DNA of 57,721 nt from a virus (IMGVR_UViG_3300030104_001324:1-57721); one strand, 5' to 3'. Numbered from the stretch's first letter, positions 35,289 to 44,350 are shown. Numbers and translations: made by a program. Notes: generated by a model from the letters alone, not told the origin.

Positions 35289-35688
35289 TAAGGGAATTAT
35301 AAAAGTCAGTGAATTAAAGGGAATGTCAATGAAAGATTTGACTACGCTGATTAAAGAAGTTAGGGCTGTGTCTAATAAAGTGGCTGCAGAAGTAGCAGCT
35401 AAAATATTTGGGGGTACTGTTACTGAGTTAGGTGGACCAAAGTTAGAAGATAAAGAATATATAAATATTCCTCAAATGATAGAAACTCAAAAATTAAAAG
35501 AAGAAAAAAAATTTAGAGAGGCAGAGAAAGAAAATTTTAAAATAACAGATCCTGACAAATTAGAAAAGTTAAATAAGGGAGAACCTGTAGGTCTTAACTT
35601 TAACAACAGAGGTGGACTCACTAAGAGTGGTCATAAGGACTATCGTGGAACTGGAATGTTTTATGGTGGTATGTCTAAGAAAAAGTAA
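35281..35688 (+). CDS. Hypothetical protein with shared C-terminal RGGLT...DYR..GMFYGGM.KKK tail
   Basis: Tail shared with 39421..40023. Confidence 0.65.
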   Translation: MASKGIIKVSELKGMSMKDLTTLIKEVRAVSNKVAAEVAAKIFGGTVTELGGPKLEDKEYINIPQMIETQKLKEEKKFREAEKENFKITDPDKLEKLNKGEPVGLNFNNRGGLTKSGHKDYRGTGMFYGGMSKKK

Positions 35689-35696
35689 TAACGGAC

Positions 35697-35725
35697 TTGC
35701 AATAATGTCTGTGGTGTAGTATACT
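35697..35725 (+). promoter_or_regulatory. Sigma70-type promoter
   Basis: TTGCAA-N17-TATACT upstream of the DUF1127 gene. Confidence 0.65.
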
Positions 35726-35783
35726 AATATATGTTATAACTACTTTGTATCAAATGATACATTTGTTTTAAAGGAGTTACAAC

Positions 35784-35948
35784 ATGAAATACGTACACAA
35801 ACTTTGGTCAAGTTACTTAGACTATCAGGAAAAACGAGCAGCGTACATGGCTTTGCAAGCCCTGACAGATTATCAACTTAGAGATATAGGTATAGGCAGC
35901 CGCAGCGATATTAGACGAATGGTATGGCACAATAAAAATCAATGTTAG
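35784..35948 (+). CDS. DUF1127 (YjiS-like) small protein (54 aa, not in ORF track)
   Basis: ...RAAYMALQALTDYQLRDIGIGSRSDIRR fits LxxLxDxxLxDIG(I/L)xRxxI. SD AAGGAG and its own promoter. Confidence 0.8.
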   Translation: MKYVHKLWSSYLDYQEKRAAYMALQALTDYQLRDIGIGSRSDIRRMVWHNKNQC

Positions 35949-35983
35949 ATCAGTACATAAAAGAACTACTAAGCCACTGGAAT

Positions 35984-36151
35984 ATGCAGAAGACTAAGAC
36001 ATTACTAATAGCATTATTTGTAATATGGTCAGCTTATTTCATAGTGGAATATTTATAAAGGAGACTAACTATGAGAAAATATTTTAAACGACTATGGTGT
36101 GCAATCATAAATAGAAAGTGTTCCGACACTTGCACATGCTTAGATGACTAG
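35984..36151 (+). CDS. Two very small ORFs (35984-36058 hydrophobic, 24 aa; 36071-36151 Cys-rich, 26 aa)
   Basis: The second has SD AAGGAG (MRKYFKRLWCAIINRKCSDTCTC). The first is a single TM-like peptide. Confidence 0.4.
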
Positions 36152-36178
36152 AGGATTGTTACCACTTAATACCCCAAC

Positions 36179-36394
36179 GTGGAAAACAACGTCTGTTGTA
36201 TTTGTAGACACAATATGCCTGTCATTAGTGGTAGGCTTACTTGTATCTATTGTCAATACGTGTTTGACTTTGAGATAGCAAAAGCGTGGATAGCCCACGT
36301 AAGTAATGTAAGGTATAATAATGACACAAAAGAAATTCCAACAGCACAGCGAGTACGAGGACTACGATCTAGATGGGGATGGAGTAGTGACTGA
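36179..36394 (+). CDS. Possible zinc-ribbon protein
   Basis: CCIC...CIYC. GTG start, overlaps the next gene. Confidence 0.35.
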   Translation: MENNVCCICRHNMPVISGRLTCIYCQYVFDFEIAKAWIAHVSNVRYNNDTKEIPTAQRVRGLRSRWGWSSD

Positions 36395-36641
36395 CGAAGA
36401 GTTAGCACACGTTAAAGAGATCAACAAGACTGAAGCAGATCTACGTAAACAAAAAGCACAGCGTAGAATGGCTACAGCTACATTAATAGGTATGGGAGCA
36501 TTTACAGCAGGAATGTTTTTTATGCCTATTGAGCATATAGAAGCACTATCAGACTTATCCAACTTGTTTTATATATCAGGAGCAGGTATAGTTGGTGCGT
36601 ACATGGGAACATCCGCTTGGATGTCAAACAGAAGTAAATAA
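36321..36641 (+). CDS. Membrane protein with EF-hand-like loop
   Basis: DLDGDGVVTDEEL followed by two TM segments. Confidence 0.65.
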   Translation: MTQKKFQQHSEYEDYDLDGDGVVTDEELAHVKEINKTEADLRKQKAQRRMATATLIGMGAFTAGMFFMPIEHIEALSDLSNLFYISGAGIVGAYMGTSAWMSNRSK

Positions 36642-36652
36642 GGAGAATACTA

Positions 36653-36868
36653 ATGGCAATGAAAGCAGCACCTAGTGGAAGTAAAGGAAAAGGTTTAAGT
36701 AAGCTACCTAAAAGTGTAAGAAATAAAATGGGTTACATGAAAGGTGGTGGCATGTCTAAAAAGACTAAAGGCTATGCTATGGGCGGTATGAAAAAAACTA
36801 AAGGCTACGCTAAAGGTGGAATGAAGAAAACCAAAGGCTATGCTAAAGGTGGCAAAGTAAAAAAATAA
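36653..36868 (+). CDS. Small very basic protein with tandem MKKTKGYAKGG repeats
   Basis: 33-nt period (Tyr codons at 36773, 36806, 36839). SD AAGGAG. Confidence 0.7.
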   Translation: MAMKAAPSGSKGKGLSKLPKSVRNKMGYMKGGGMSKKTKGYAMGGMKKTKGYAKGGMKKTKGYAKGGKVKK

Positions 36869-37588
36869 GTGTCGTACTTAATTAGTAACGTACCACATTT
36901 TAAATGTTGGGTACGTAGAGAGTTTACTTGTAACCACCAAGACTATCACGGTGAATTTTTACACGCAATGGTATTTGCAGTAAACACAATACCTGACAGG
37001 TCGTTAAGCTTTCAGCTAGTATTTACAGGCTGTGAGATAGACAGAGAAGATGGACCTGAAGAAAATGTACACGGTGGAGCAATGTGGGCTAGGATGCCCA
37101 TACAGGCTCTTGTAGCCGATATACCAGTAGATGAGTGGGCAGTACCAATGGAAGACCACATGTGTCAACCTTGGGATTGTGAGTCAAGACATCACAGTGT
37201 AATAGTGATGGATAGAGTTAGTTCCTCACCGTGGCTATGTAAGATAGGCAATGAGTTTTATACAGGTAAGTATTTATTTACGGTTGACTATACAGACAGT
37301 GATATAGCTGATGATCCTGCACAACATAAACAGTCACATGTTTTATACTTGACAGATGCAGGACAGTGGACAGGAAACTTAGTAGCACTGCCCAATAATA
37401 GAGTTAGAGCTACAAGCCCTGCTCTTTGGAGAACTGGAGAGGGTGCGCCTGACTTTACACCGTCACAGTGGACGCACTCAGCAGAGAGCCACGAAAGTTA
37501 TCTAGATCCATCGGTAACATTTAATAATTTATATAAGAGTAGATATGGCAACAAAAGCAAAAACAACAGTAAAAAAAGTAGCAAGTAA
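36869..37588 (+). CDS. Globular hypothetical protein
   Basis: GAMWARMPI, QPWDC, YLFTVD, HKQSH and PNNRV motifs. Function unknown. Confidence 0.7.
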   Translation: MSYLISNVPHFKCWVRREFTCNHQDYHGEFLHAMVFAVNTIPDRSLSFQLVFTGCEIDREDGPEENVHGGAMWARMPIQALVADIPVDEWAVPMEDHMCQPWDCESRHHSVIVMDRVSSSPWLCKIGNEFYTGKYLFTVDYTDSDIADDPAQHKQSHVLYLTDAGQWTGNLVALPNNRVRATSPALWRTGEGAPDFTPSQWTHSAESHESYLDPSVTFNNLYKSRYGNKSKNNSKKSSK

Positions 37589-37826
37589 ATTACGCAAAGC
37601 TAGTAAAGCCCATGCAGGTCAGGCTAAAACTTTATCAGCCTTAAAGCTAAATAAAGGTGGTAGCACTGTAAACAAAGCAGGTAACTATACTAAACCTACT
37701 ATGCGTAAAAATATATTTAATCGCATTAAAGCAGGCACTAAGGGTGGTGGAGCAGGTCAATGGTCTGCTAGAAAAGCTCAGATGCTTGCTAGTGCTTACA
37801 AAAAAGCAGGCGGTGGCTATAAGTAA
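37545..37826 (+). CDS. Basic protein, DUF5872-like (N-terminal part)
   Basis: NYTKP..RK....IKAG.KGG..GQWSARKAQ.LA..YKKAGGGY. Confidence 0.6.
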   Translation: MATKAKTTVKKVASKLRKASKAHAGQAKTLSALKLNKGGSTVNKAGNYTKPTMRKNIFNRIKAGTKGGGAGQWSARKAQMLASAYKKAGGGYK

Positions 37827-38071
37827 TGGCACTAGCAAAAAGTCAACAAAGTCTTAAATCATGGACTAAACAAAAGTGGAGAACCAAGAGTGGTAAACCA
37901 TCAGCAAAAACAGGAGAACGCTACCTACCTTCCGCAGCTATCAAAGCCCTATCTCCGCAAGAGTACGCAGCAACTACTAAAGCTAAGAGAGCAGGTAAAC
38001 GAGCAGGTAAGCAGCATGTTAAGCAGCCAAAGAGTGTTGCAAAAAAGACGAGAGCATATAGAAAGGTATAA
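37826..38071 (+). CDS. Basic protein, DUF5872-like (C-terminal part)
   Basis: QQSLKSWTKQKWRT...ERYLP...ALS..EYAAT..AKR. Confidence 0.6.
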   Translation: MALAKSQQSLKSWTKQKWRTKSGKPSAKTGERYLPSAAIKALSPQEYAATTKAKRAGKRAGKQHVKQPKSVAKKTRAYRKV

Positions 38072-38284
38072 ATGGCAGACAACGTAATTAACATAAATAA
38101 AAAAGACTACAAGGTAGATGACCTAGATAATAAGTCTAAATACATTGTAGCACAAATAAGAGACTTAGAAGGTAAAGTAGCCTCTGCTAAGTTTCAGTTA
38201 GATCAACATGAAATAGCTAAACAGCAATTTGTAAATATGCTTATCAGTGCCGTTGAGGGAAAACCTAACGGTAAGGATAGCTAA
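38072..38284 (+). CDS. Small coiled-coil hypothetical protein
   Basis: Coupled ORF, SD AAGGT. Confidence 0.6.
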   Translation: MADNVININKKDYKVDDLDNKSKYIVAQIRDLEGKVASAKFQLDQHEIAKQQFVNMLISAVEGKPNGKDS

Positions 38285-38652
38285 TGTTTAATATTGCAGG
38301 TACGTTAATATCTTCAGTTGGCAGCCTAGCTTCCACTTACCTAGATGGTAAGGTTGCAGCCAATAAAGCTGAAGCACAGATTCGTTTGAAGGAAGCTACA
38401 GGCGATATAGATTGGGATCTAGCTGCTATTAGGGCATCTCAGAGTTCGTGGAAAGACGAGTGGATAACTGTACTTTTCTCCATTCCTTTAGTACTGTCCT
38501 TCTGTGGTGATTGGGGTAGGGAGATAGTAGCAAACGGCTTCACTGCTCTGGCAGGGATGCCTGATTGGTATCAGTATAGTTTAGGTGCAGTTGTAGCTGC
38601 GTCACTAGGAACTAAAGGAGTAGCTAAATTCTTTGGTCCTAAGAAGAAGTAA
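38284..38652 (+). CDS. Putative holin (GTA 3TM-holin-like)
   Basis: SSWKDEW + TM + PDWYQY + TM and a basic C-terminus, close to the endolysin. Confidence 0.55.
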   Translation: MFNIAGTLISSVGSLASTYLDGKVAANKAEAQIRLKEATGDIDWDLAAIRASQSSWKDEWITVLFSIPLVLSFCGDWGREIVANGFTALAGMPDWYQYSLGAVVAASLGTKGVAKFFGPKKK

Positions 38653-38891
38653 TGAAAGTATTTCTTTATGTTATGTTTTTAGTAAATGAACAGTGGTGGA
38701 TTGACCCTAACTTTCCTCCTGTAATTATGCAAGATGCACAACAATGTAGAGCAATGGAAAATTACTTTGATATTAATATAGGATTAATACAAGACAACGA
38801 ACATAAAATAGGGTGTATTCAAACAAATGACATATGGGAATTTCTTGTTGAAACATATGGATCAAGGCCCTATAAAGATAGTAAAGTTTAA
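38652..38891 (+). CDS. Hypothetical protein
   Basis: TAATG coupling, hydrophobic N-terminus, two Cys. Confidence 0.5.
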   Translation: MKVFLYVMFLVNEQWWIDPNFPPVIMQDAQQCRAMENYFDINIGLIQDNEHKIGCIQTNDIWEFLVETYGSRPYKDSKV

Positions 38892-38956
38892 ACCCCAATA
38901 TTTAGGCGAAAGACGGATGCCTATGGAAAGACTTAAAAATAAAAGGAAGTACACAA

Positions 38957-39409
38957 ATGGCTTATACACTGTCGAGCAGATCTCTAGACAAACTAGAGGG
39001 CGTAAATGAAGATCTAGTTAAGGTTGTTAAAAGAGCAATAGAACTAACTAAAATTGATTTTGGTGTTATTTACGGAATGAGAACACAAGAAGAACAGCAG
39101 AAGTTGTTTGACGCAGGAAAGTCACAGACTATGAAGAGTAAGCACCTAACAGGTGACGCAGTAGACTTGATGGCATATGTAGATGGAAAGGCAAGTTGGG
39201 AACTTAACCTGTATGACGATTTAGCTGACGCTATGAAATGGGCAGCTACAGAGTCTGGAACTAAGGTTCGTTGGGGAGCAGCTTGGCATATACCTGACAT
39301 ATCTACTTGGGATGGCACAATGGAAGAAGCTATGATGGCTTACATTGACCTACGCAGATCTCAAGGCAGAAGACCATTTATTGATGGTCCACATTTTGAA
39401 CTTAATTAA
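38957..39409 (+). CDS. Endolysin, peptidase M15 (L-Ala-D-Glu peptidase type)
   Basis: RT..EQ..L, SKHLTGDAVD (SxHxxGxAxD), DGPHFEL. Confidence 0.9.
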   Translation: MAYTLSSRSLDKLEGVNEDLVKVVKRAIELTKIDFGVIYGMRTQEEQQKLFDAGKSQTMKSKHLTGDAVDLMAYVDGKASWELNLYDDLADAMKWAATESGTKVRWGAAWHIPDISTWDGTMEEAMMAYIDLRRSQGRRPFIDGPHFELN

Positions 39410-39420
39410 AGGTAAGTAGT

Positions 39421-40023
39421 ATGGCACAAGATTTAGAAAGAATAGAAGACCTTCTTAAATATAAAAAAACTGGTTCAGGAAAACTGGCTGATAGATTAAT
39501 TGCTGATGTAGTTAAAAAAAATATTATAGATAGTGATAAGACAGATAAAAAAATGAAAGAAAATACAGAAAAGTATAAAGATAGAGGCACATCTGGTAGA
39601 AAACATGCTAAAGAATTAAATAAAAAATTAGCAGCGGCATATAGAAAAAGGATGCTTAAACGAGTAGAGAAAGGTAACAAAGATTTACAAATACTTGGAA
39701 GTTACGGAATAGATGCTCCAAAGTCTAAAGGTTTTAGGACTAAAAATACTGGAGATACTAAGGACGATATAAAAGTAAGTTTTGGTTCTCGTGTACAAGA
39801 TGATCGTTTTGATTTTGATGATAGTCCAGATCCAGATCCAAGGGATAATCCATTTAGAGAGAAAAAAGATTTACCTCCAAATAGAACCCCAAACAGACCA
39901 AAGCCAAAACCAAAGCCAAAAGATGAAAAACCAAGACCCATGAATAGAGGTGGTCTTACAGGACACACAGATTATCGTAAGACAGGCATGTTCTATGGTG
40001 GAATGGCTAAGAAAAAGAAGTAA
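39421..40023 (+). CDS. Charged low-complexity protein with shared C-terminal RGGLT...GMFYGGMAKKKK tail
   Basis: Tail shared with 35281..35688. PK-repeat linker. Confidence 0.65.
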   Translation: MAQDLERIEDLLKYKKTGSGKLADRLIADVVKKNIIDSDKTDKKMKENTEKYKDRGTSGRKHAKELNKKLAAAYRKRMLKRVEKGNKDLQILGSYGIDAPKSKGFRTKNTGDTKDDIKVSFGSRVQDDRFDFDDSPDPDPRDNPFREKKDLPPNRTPNRPKPKPKPKDEKPRPMNRGGLTGHTDYRKTGMFYGGMAKKKK

Positions 40024-40337
40024 TGGACATCAAAGTATCCATAGGGCTTGCTGCAACTTTGGCAATGCAAATCTCTGCTGCAGTTTGGTACGTAGCTCAG
40101 ACGGATGCTACCATTAAGGACTTATCAGCTACGGTTGCTGAACTAAGTTCTGCTAACTTAAAGAGAGATGTAGATGTTAACGCTAGTAATATTACAAACA
40201 TTGACGGTGACGTTAAATCTTTAGGCACTCATTTAGCTAGAGGCATAGGTGATAGCAATGACATACTTAGACGTATTAGCGTACTGGAGACAGATGTAAT
40301 GTACATGCAGAGAGAAATATATAGGAATGATCGCTAA
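40023..40337 (+). CDS. N-terminal TM plus coiled-coil protein
   Basis: Hydrophobic N-terminus, TAATG coupling. Confidence 0.55.
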   Translation: MDIKVSIGLAATLAMQISAAVWYVAQTDATIKDLSATVAELSSANLKRDVDVNASNITNIDGDVKSLGTHLARGIGDSNDILRRISVLETDVMYMQREIYRNDR

Positions 40338-40621
40338 TGGCAAAAGGCACAATGAAAGGTCATACTATTGGTGGAGGTCACAAGCGTCCTACTAAAGCAG
40401 GCGCAGGTATGACTAAGAAAGGTGTAGCTAAATACCGAAGAGATAATCCCGGCAGTAAACTGCAAACGGCTGTTACAGGCAAAGTAAAACAAGGCAGTAA
40501 AGCTGCGAATAGACGTAAATCATACTGTGCAAGATCAGCAGGACAAATGAAACAATTTCCTAAAGCAGCAAATAATCCTAATAGTAGACTGCGACAGGCA
40601 AGAAAAAGGTGGAAGTGTTAA
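40337..40621 (+). CDS. Small basic protein, DUF6321-like
   Basis: GMTKKGVAKYRRDNPGSKL...RRKSYCARS.GQ...NSRL...RWKC. Confidence 0.6.
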   Translation: MAKGTMKGHTIGGGHKRPTKAGAGMTKKGVAKYRRDNPGSKLQTAVTGKVKQGSKAANRRKSYCARSAGQMKQFPKAANNPNSRLRQARKRWKC

Positions 40622-41902
40622 ATGGCAAATGTACCTCAACAATCTACAGAATCACAAGATGCACAAATTCTAATAGAACTTATAGGAAGAAATGATCCTG
40701 ATATAAATACTAATTTTTTATTAGATAAGTTTACGCAAAAACATGGAGAAACAGCCACCAGTAATTTAATCACTCATTTATTTTCTATTGGTTTAGTTGA
40801 AGGTGGTCATAGAGGTATGATACATATGCCTCCAACAGAAAAAAATAAAGATTATAGAGATGTACAGCGTATAAAGAGATTTATGAAACCTATAGTGGAT
40901 CAATTTAAACAATACCAAGGAACAGGGAATCCTATACCAGAAGAGTTAAGAAAGCGTTATACAAGAGTATATAATAAATTTATTGCACCTTTTGAGGAAA
41001 GAAGAGCTATAAAGGATATGCAAAAATACTTTGCTTCTCGTCCTGATATGTCTATGGAAGAACGGCAAATGAGAATGATGAAGATGCGTCAGGAGTTAGC
41101 CGAAAATAGAAGAAGGGCTACTGGTAATGAATACTTTGACATGATTAGTAGACCCAGACCTCAAGACATGGCACAACAAGCAGTAGATCCAAAAACAGGT
41201 AAACCCTATACACAGGAGCAACTACAAAATATTATGAATCAAAGAGAAGCTGCACGTAGGCTTCAACAAGCCACATCTAGATTTAATCAATTAATGAATC
41301 AACAACGAAAAGCAGATGCCTTTAATGCTAGACCAGAATCAGAACGTAATGGATTAATGGCAGCAGGTTTAACCGATAAAGAAAAAGAAGAGGTAAAACA
41401 ACTACAAGCGATGTTACAACAAAGGGTTATGCCTACACAAACTATAACTGACGAACAAAGAGATATGGCAATAAAGGCTCTTAATCCTGATAGGAAAATA
41501 GTAGATGCGCCTAGACCGCCAACACAAACTAAAGAAGATAAGAAACCAAAAATAAAAAAACCACCAAGCCGTCCACCTCGTAGACCTCCTGCTCCTGCAG
41601 GATGGAGAAGAGATCCTAGAACAGGCAAGTTAATACAGGGTAGCACCAGAAGAATAAGAAGAAGAGAGCAGACAACAGACACAAAAACAGGAATGGGCAA
41701 TAGAAGACAGTTTACTGCTACAGGTTATTACGGTCCTGCAGATAGGTTTTATACGTATGGAACTGGTCCTGCTCCTAATTTTACTAAAGATAACTTTACT
41801 AAACAACAAGCAGGAATTAAACCTAAAGGAACTTTTGTTTCTACCCCAATATCTATACCTAAACCAAAAATGGGATTAGGTTCTATGCAAGGACCAGTAT
41901 AA
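40622..41902 (+). CDS. Q/R/P-rich hypothetical protein
   Basis: 426-aa ORF with a low-complexity basic C-terminal half. Confidence 0.6.
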   Translation: MANVPQQSTESQDAQILIELIGRNDPDINTNFLLDKFTQKHGETATSNLITHLFSIGLVEGGHRGMIHMPPTEKNKDYRDVQRIKRFMKPIVDQFKQYQGTGNPIPEELRKRYTRVYNKFIAPFEERRAIKDMQKYFASRPDMSMEERQMRMMKMRQELAENRRRATGNEYFDMISRPRPQDMAQQAVDPKTGKPYTQEQLQNIMNQREAARRLQQATSRFNQLMNQQRKADAFNARPESERNGLMAAGLTDKEKEEVKQLQAMLQQRVMPTQTITDEQRDMAIKALNPDRKIVDAPRPPTQTKEDKKPKIKKPPSRPPRRPPAPAGWRRDPRTGKLIQGSTRRIRRREQTTDTKTGMGNRRQFTATGYYGPADRFYTYGTGPAPNFTKDNFTKQQAGIKPKGTFVSTPISIPKPKMGLGSMQGPV

Positions 41903-42273
41903 TGGCACGAGAATTAACAGATAAACAACAAAAGTTTTTACAAGTATTATTTGATGATGCTTATGGTAGTGTAGGTAAAGCTAAAAAACTAGCAGGCTAT
42001 GCTGAAGGCACAAGCACCACAGATATTGTAACTGGATTAAAGGAGGAGATACTTGAAGCGACTCAAATATATATGGCATGTAATGCTCCTCAAGCTGCCG
42101 TTGCACTGGCAGGTGGGGTACTTGATCCAACTCAACTTGGCATACGAGATAAACTCTCGGCTGCGAAAGAATTACTTGACCGCACTGGTCTGGTTAAGAC
42201 TGAGAAGCTACAAGTAGAGGCATCAGGTGGGGTAATGTTAATGCCTCCTAAGAAACAAGAAGAGGAAGAATAA
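41902..42273 (+). CDS. terS: Terminase small subunit
   Basis: LTDKQQKF...AKKLAGY HTH, AAKELLDR, upstream of terL. Confidence 0.7.
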   Translation: MARELTDKQQKFLQVLFDDAYGSVGKAKKLAGYAEGTSTTDIVTGLKEEILEATQIYMACNAPQAAVALAGGVLDPTQLGIRDKLSAAKELLDRTGLVKTEKLQVEASGGVMLMPPKKQEEEE

Positions 42274-42274
42274 A

Positions 42275-42505
42275 ATGTCTGAAAAACTCATAGCATATAT
42301 AGAAAAACAGATGAAAAAATTATCTAATAAATTAAACAGTTCTGATTTATCAAAAAAAGATAGAGTAGGAATTGAAAAAGATATAATTAGATTACAAGGA
42401 GATTATAATAAAATATTAGGTATAAGTTCTACTTTTAGTAGGGGTGGTAGTGTAACATCTAAAAAGAAATATGGTATAGTAGATAATCTTAAAAAGAAAA
42501 AATGA
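42275..42505 (+). CDS. Small basic protein with FSRGG...KKKK tail
   Basis: AT-rich ORF between the terminase genes. Confidence 0.55.
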   Translation: MSEKLIAYIEKQMKKLSNKLNSSDLSKKDRVGIEKDIIRLQGDYNKILGISSTFSRGGSVTSKKKYGIVDNLKKKK

Positions 42506-42912
42506 ATAGATCATTAGGACGTTTTAAACTACCGCAGCCAGTAGATATACAAGAAGAAAATGAATGGCTACCCATACCTAAAATAGCACGTACAGTTCCC
42601 TTTGGGTATAAGACTAATGAAGAAGACCCAGATATACTAGATCCTATTTCAGACGAGTTAAACAAATTACAGCAAGCTAAGAAATATCTAAACCAATATT
42701 CTTATAGAGAGGTAGCAAACTGGTTAAGTACAAACACAGGCAGATCTATATCCCACGTAGGTTTAATGAAACGATTAACAAATGAGCGAAGACACAAGAA
42801 CCAAGCTACAAGCCTCCGCAAATGGGCAGACTATGCGAAAAAGGCTCTCGCCAAAGCGGAAAAAATTGAAACCCAAAGAACAGGTGCAAGAGGAAAAGTC
42901 GCTACAGCCTAA
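42502..42912 (+). CDS. Putative DNA-binding protein (recombinase-type HTH)
   Basis: VPFGY...SYREVANWL...ISHVGL. Confidence 0.55.
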   Translation: MNRSLGRFKLPQPVDIQEENEWLPIPKIARTVPFGYKTNEEDPDILDPISDELNKLQQAKKYLNQYSYREVANWLSTNTGRSISHVGLMKRLTNERRHKNQATSLRKWADYAKKALAKAEKIETQRTGARGKVATA

Positions 42913-44341
42913 AGTAGAGGCACAACCACTTAGAATAGAAGAGACACGTAATGTTATATTCAAACCTAATGATGGACCTCAGACAGATTTTCTTGCCGCT
43001 TCCGAAAGAGAAGTTCTCTATGGAGGCTCTGCAGGTGGTGGTAAGTCTTATGCTATGTTGGCTGACCCTCTCCGCTATATGGGCAATCCTAGTTTTAGTG
43101 GTCTTCTTCTCAGACACACTACAGAAGAACTTAGAGAACTAATATATAAAAGTCAAGAGTTATACCCTAAAATATGGAAAGGTATAAAATGGTCAGAAAG
43201 AAAGATGCAGTGGACTGCACCATCTGGCGCAAAACTTTGGATGTCATACCTAGACAGAGAAGACGATGTGCTACGCTACCAAGGTCTAGCATTTAGTTGG
43301 ATAGGGTTTGACGAACTTACACAGTGGGCTACTCCGTTTGCTTGGAACTACATGAGATCAAGATTACGTTCTACTGATCCGCAGCTTCCAGTGTACATGA
43401 GAGCTACCACTAATCCCGGAGGTCGAGGACATCACTGGGTTAAGAAGATGTTTATTGATCCTGCTCCATATAACAGGGCATTTAATGCTACAGATATAGA
43501 GACAGGAGAGGATTTAAAGTACCCATCAGGGCATGAAAAAGCAGGTAAGGCACTATTTAAAAGAAAATTTATACCTGCAAGATTGACTGATAACCCCTAT
43601 CTATCTACATCTGGTGACTATGAAGCAATGCTTCTTTCGCTACCAGAACAACAAAGAAGACAGTTACTAGAAGGTGATTGGGATATTAAAGAAGGCGCAG
43701 CCTTTACAGAGTTTGATAGAAACATACATGTTATTGAACCTTACAGTATACCAAATAACTGGGTAAAGTTTAGAGCATGTGACTATGGATATGGAAGTTA
43801 CTCTGCTGTAGTCTGGATAGCAGTAGCTCCTAGTGAACAATTAATTGTATACAGGGAACTATATGTATCAAAAGTACTGGCTACTGATTTAGCTGATATG
43901 ATACTGGATCTGGAAGCAGGCGATGGAAATATTCGGTATGGTGTGTTGGACAGTAGCCTTTGGCATAAACGTGGGGATACTGGTCCATCTTTGGCAGAAC
44001 AGATGGTACAACGAGGTTGTCGCTTTAGACCGTCAGATCGCAGCAAAGGCTCTAGAGTCTCAGGAAAGAATGAACTCCATAGACGATTACAAGTTGACGA
44101 GTTTACAGAAGAACCAAGATTAGTGTTTTTTAATAATTGTACAAATATAATATCGCAGTTACCTGCACTACCAATAGATAAGAAAAACCCAGAAGATATT
44201 GACACACACTCAGAAGACCACTTGTATGATGCGCTAAGATATGGTATAATGTCAAGACCACGTTTTAGCATATTTGATTACGACCCAACAATGAATCAAA
44301 CTAGAAATATGCCTGTTGCCGATGCAACATTTGGATATTAA
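42782..44341 (+). CDS. terL: Terminase large subunit
   Basis: Walker A GGSAGGGKS, Walker B WIGFDE, TTNPG, nuclease DYGY and DHLYDALRY. Start uncertain (TTG 42866 or GTG 42884 possible). Confidence 0.95.
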   Translation: MSEDTRTKLQASANGQTMRKRLSPKRKKLKPKEQVQEEKSLQPKVEAQPLRIEETRNVIFKPNDGPQTDFLAASEREVLYGGSAGGGKSYAMLADPLRYMGNPSFSGLLLRHTTEELRELIYKSQELYPKIWKGIKWSERKMQWTAPSGAKLWMSYLDREDDVLRYQGLAFSWIGFDELTQWATPFAWNYMRSRLRSTDPQLPVYMRATTNPGGRGHHWVKKMFIDPAPYNRAFNATDIETGEDLKYPSGHEKAGKALFKRKFIPARLTDNPYLSTSGDYEAMLLSLPEQQRRQLLEGDWDIKEGAAFTEFDRNIHVIEPYSIPNNWVKFRACDYGYGSYSAVVWIAVAPSEQLIVYRELYVSKVLATDLADMILDLEAGDGNIRYGVLDSSLWHKRGDTGPSLAEQMVQRGCRFRPSDRSKGSRVSGKNELHRRLQVDEFTEEPRLVFFNNCTNIISQLPALPIDKKNPEDIDTHSEDHLYDALRYGIMSRPRFSIFDYDPTMNQTRNMPVADATFGY

Positions 44342-44350
44342 GGAAAATAA

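Noticed and set aside
15650-44341. Introns or inteins in nrdJ, polA, helicase or terL
   Set aside because: The ORFs are continuous, of normal length, and show no intein splice motifs.
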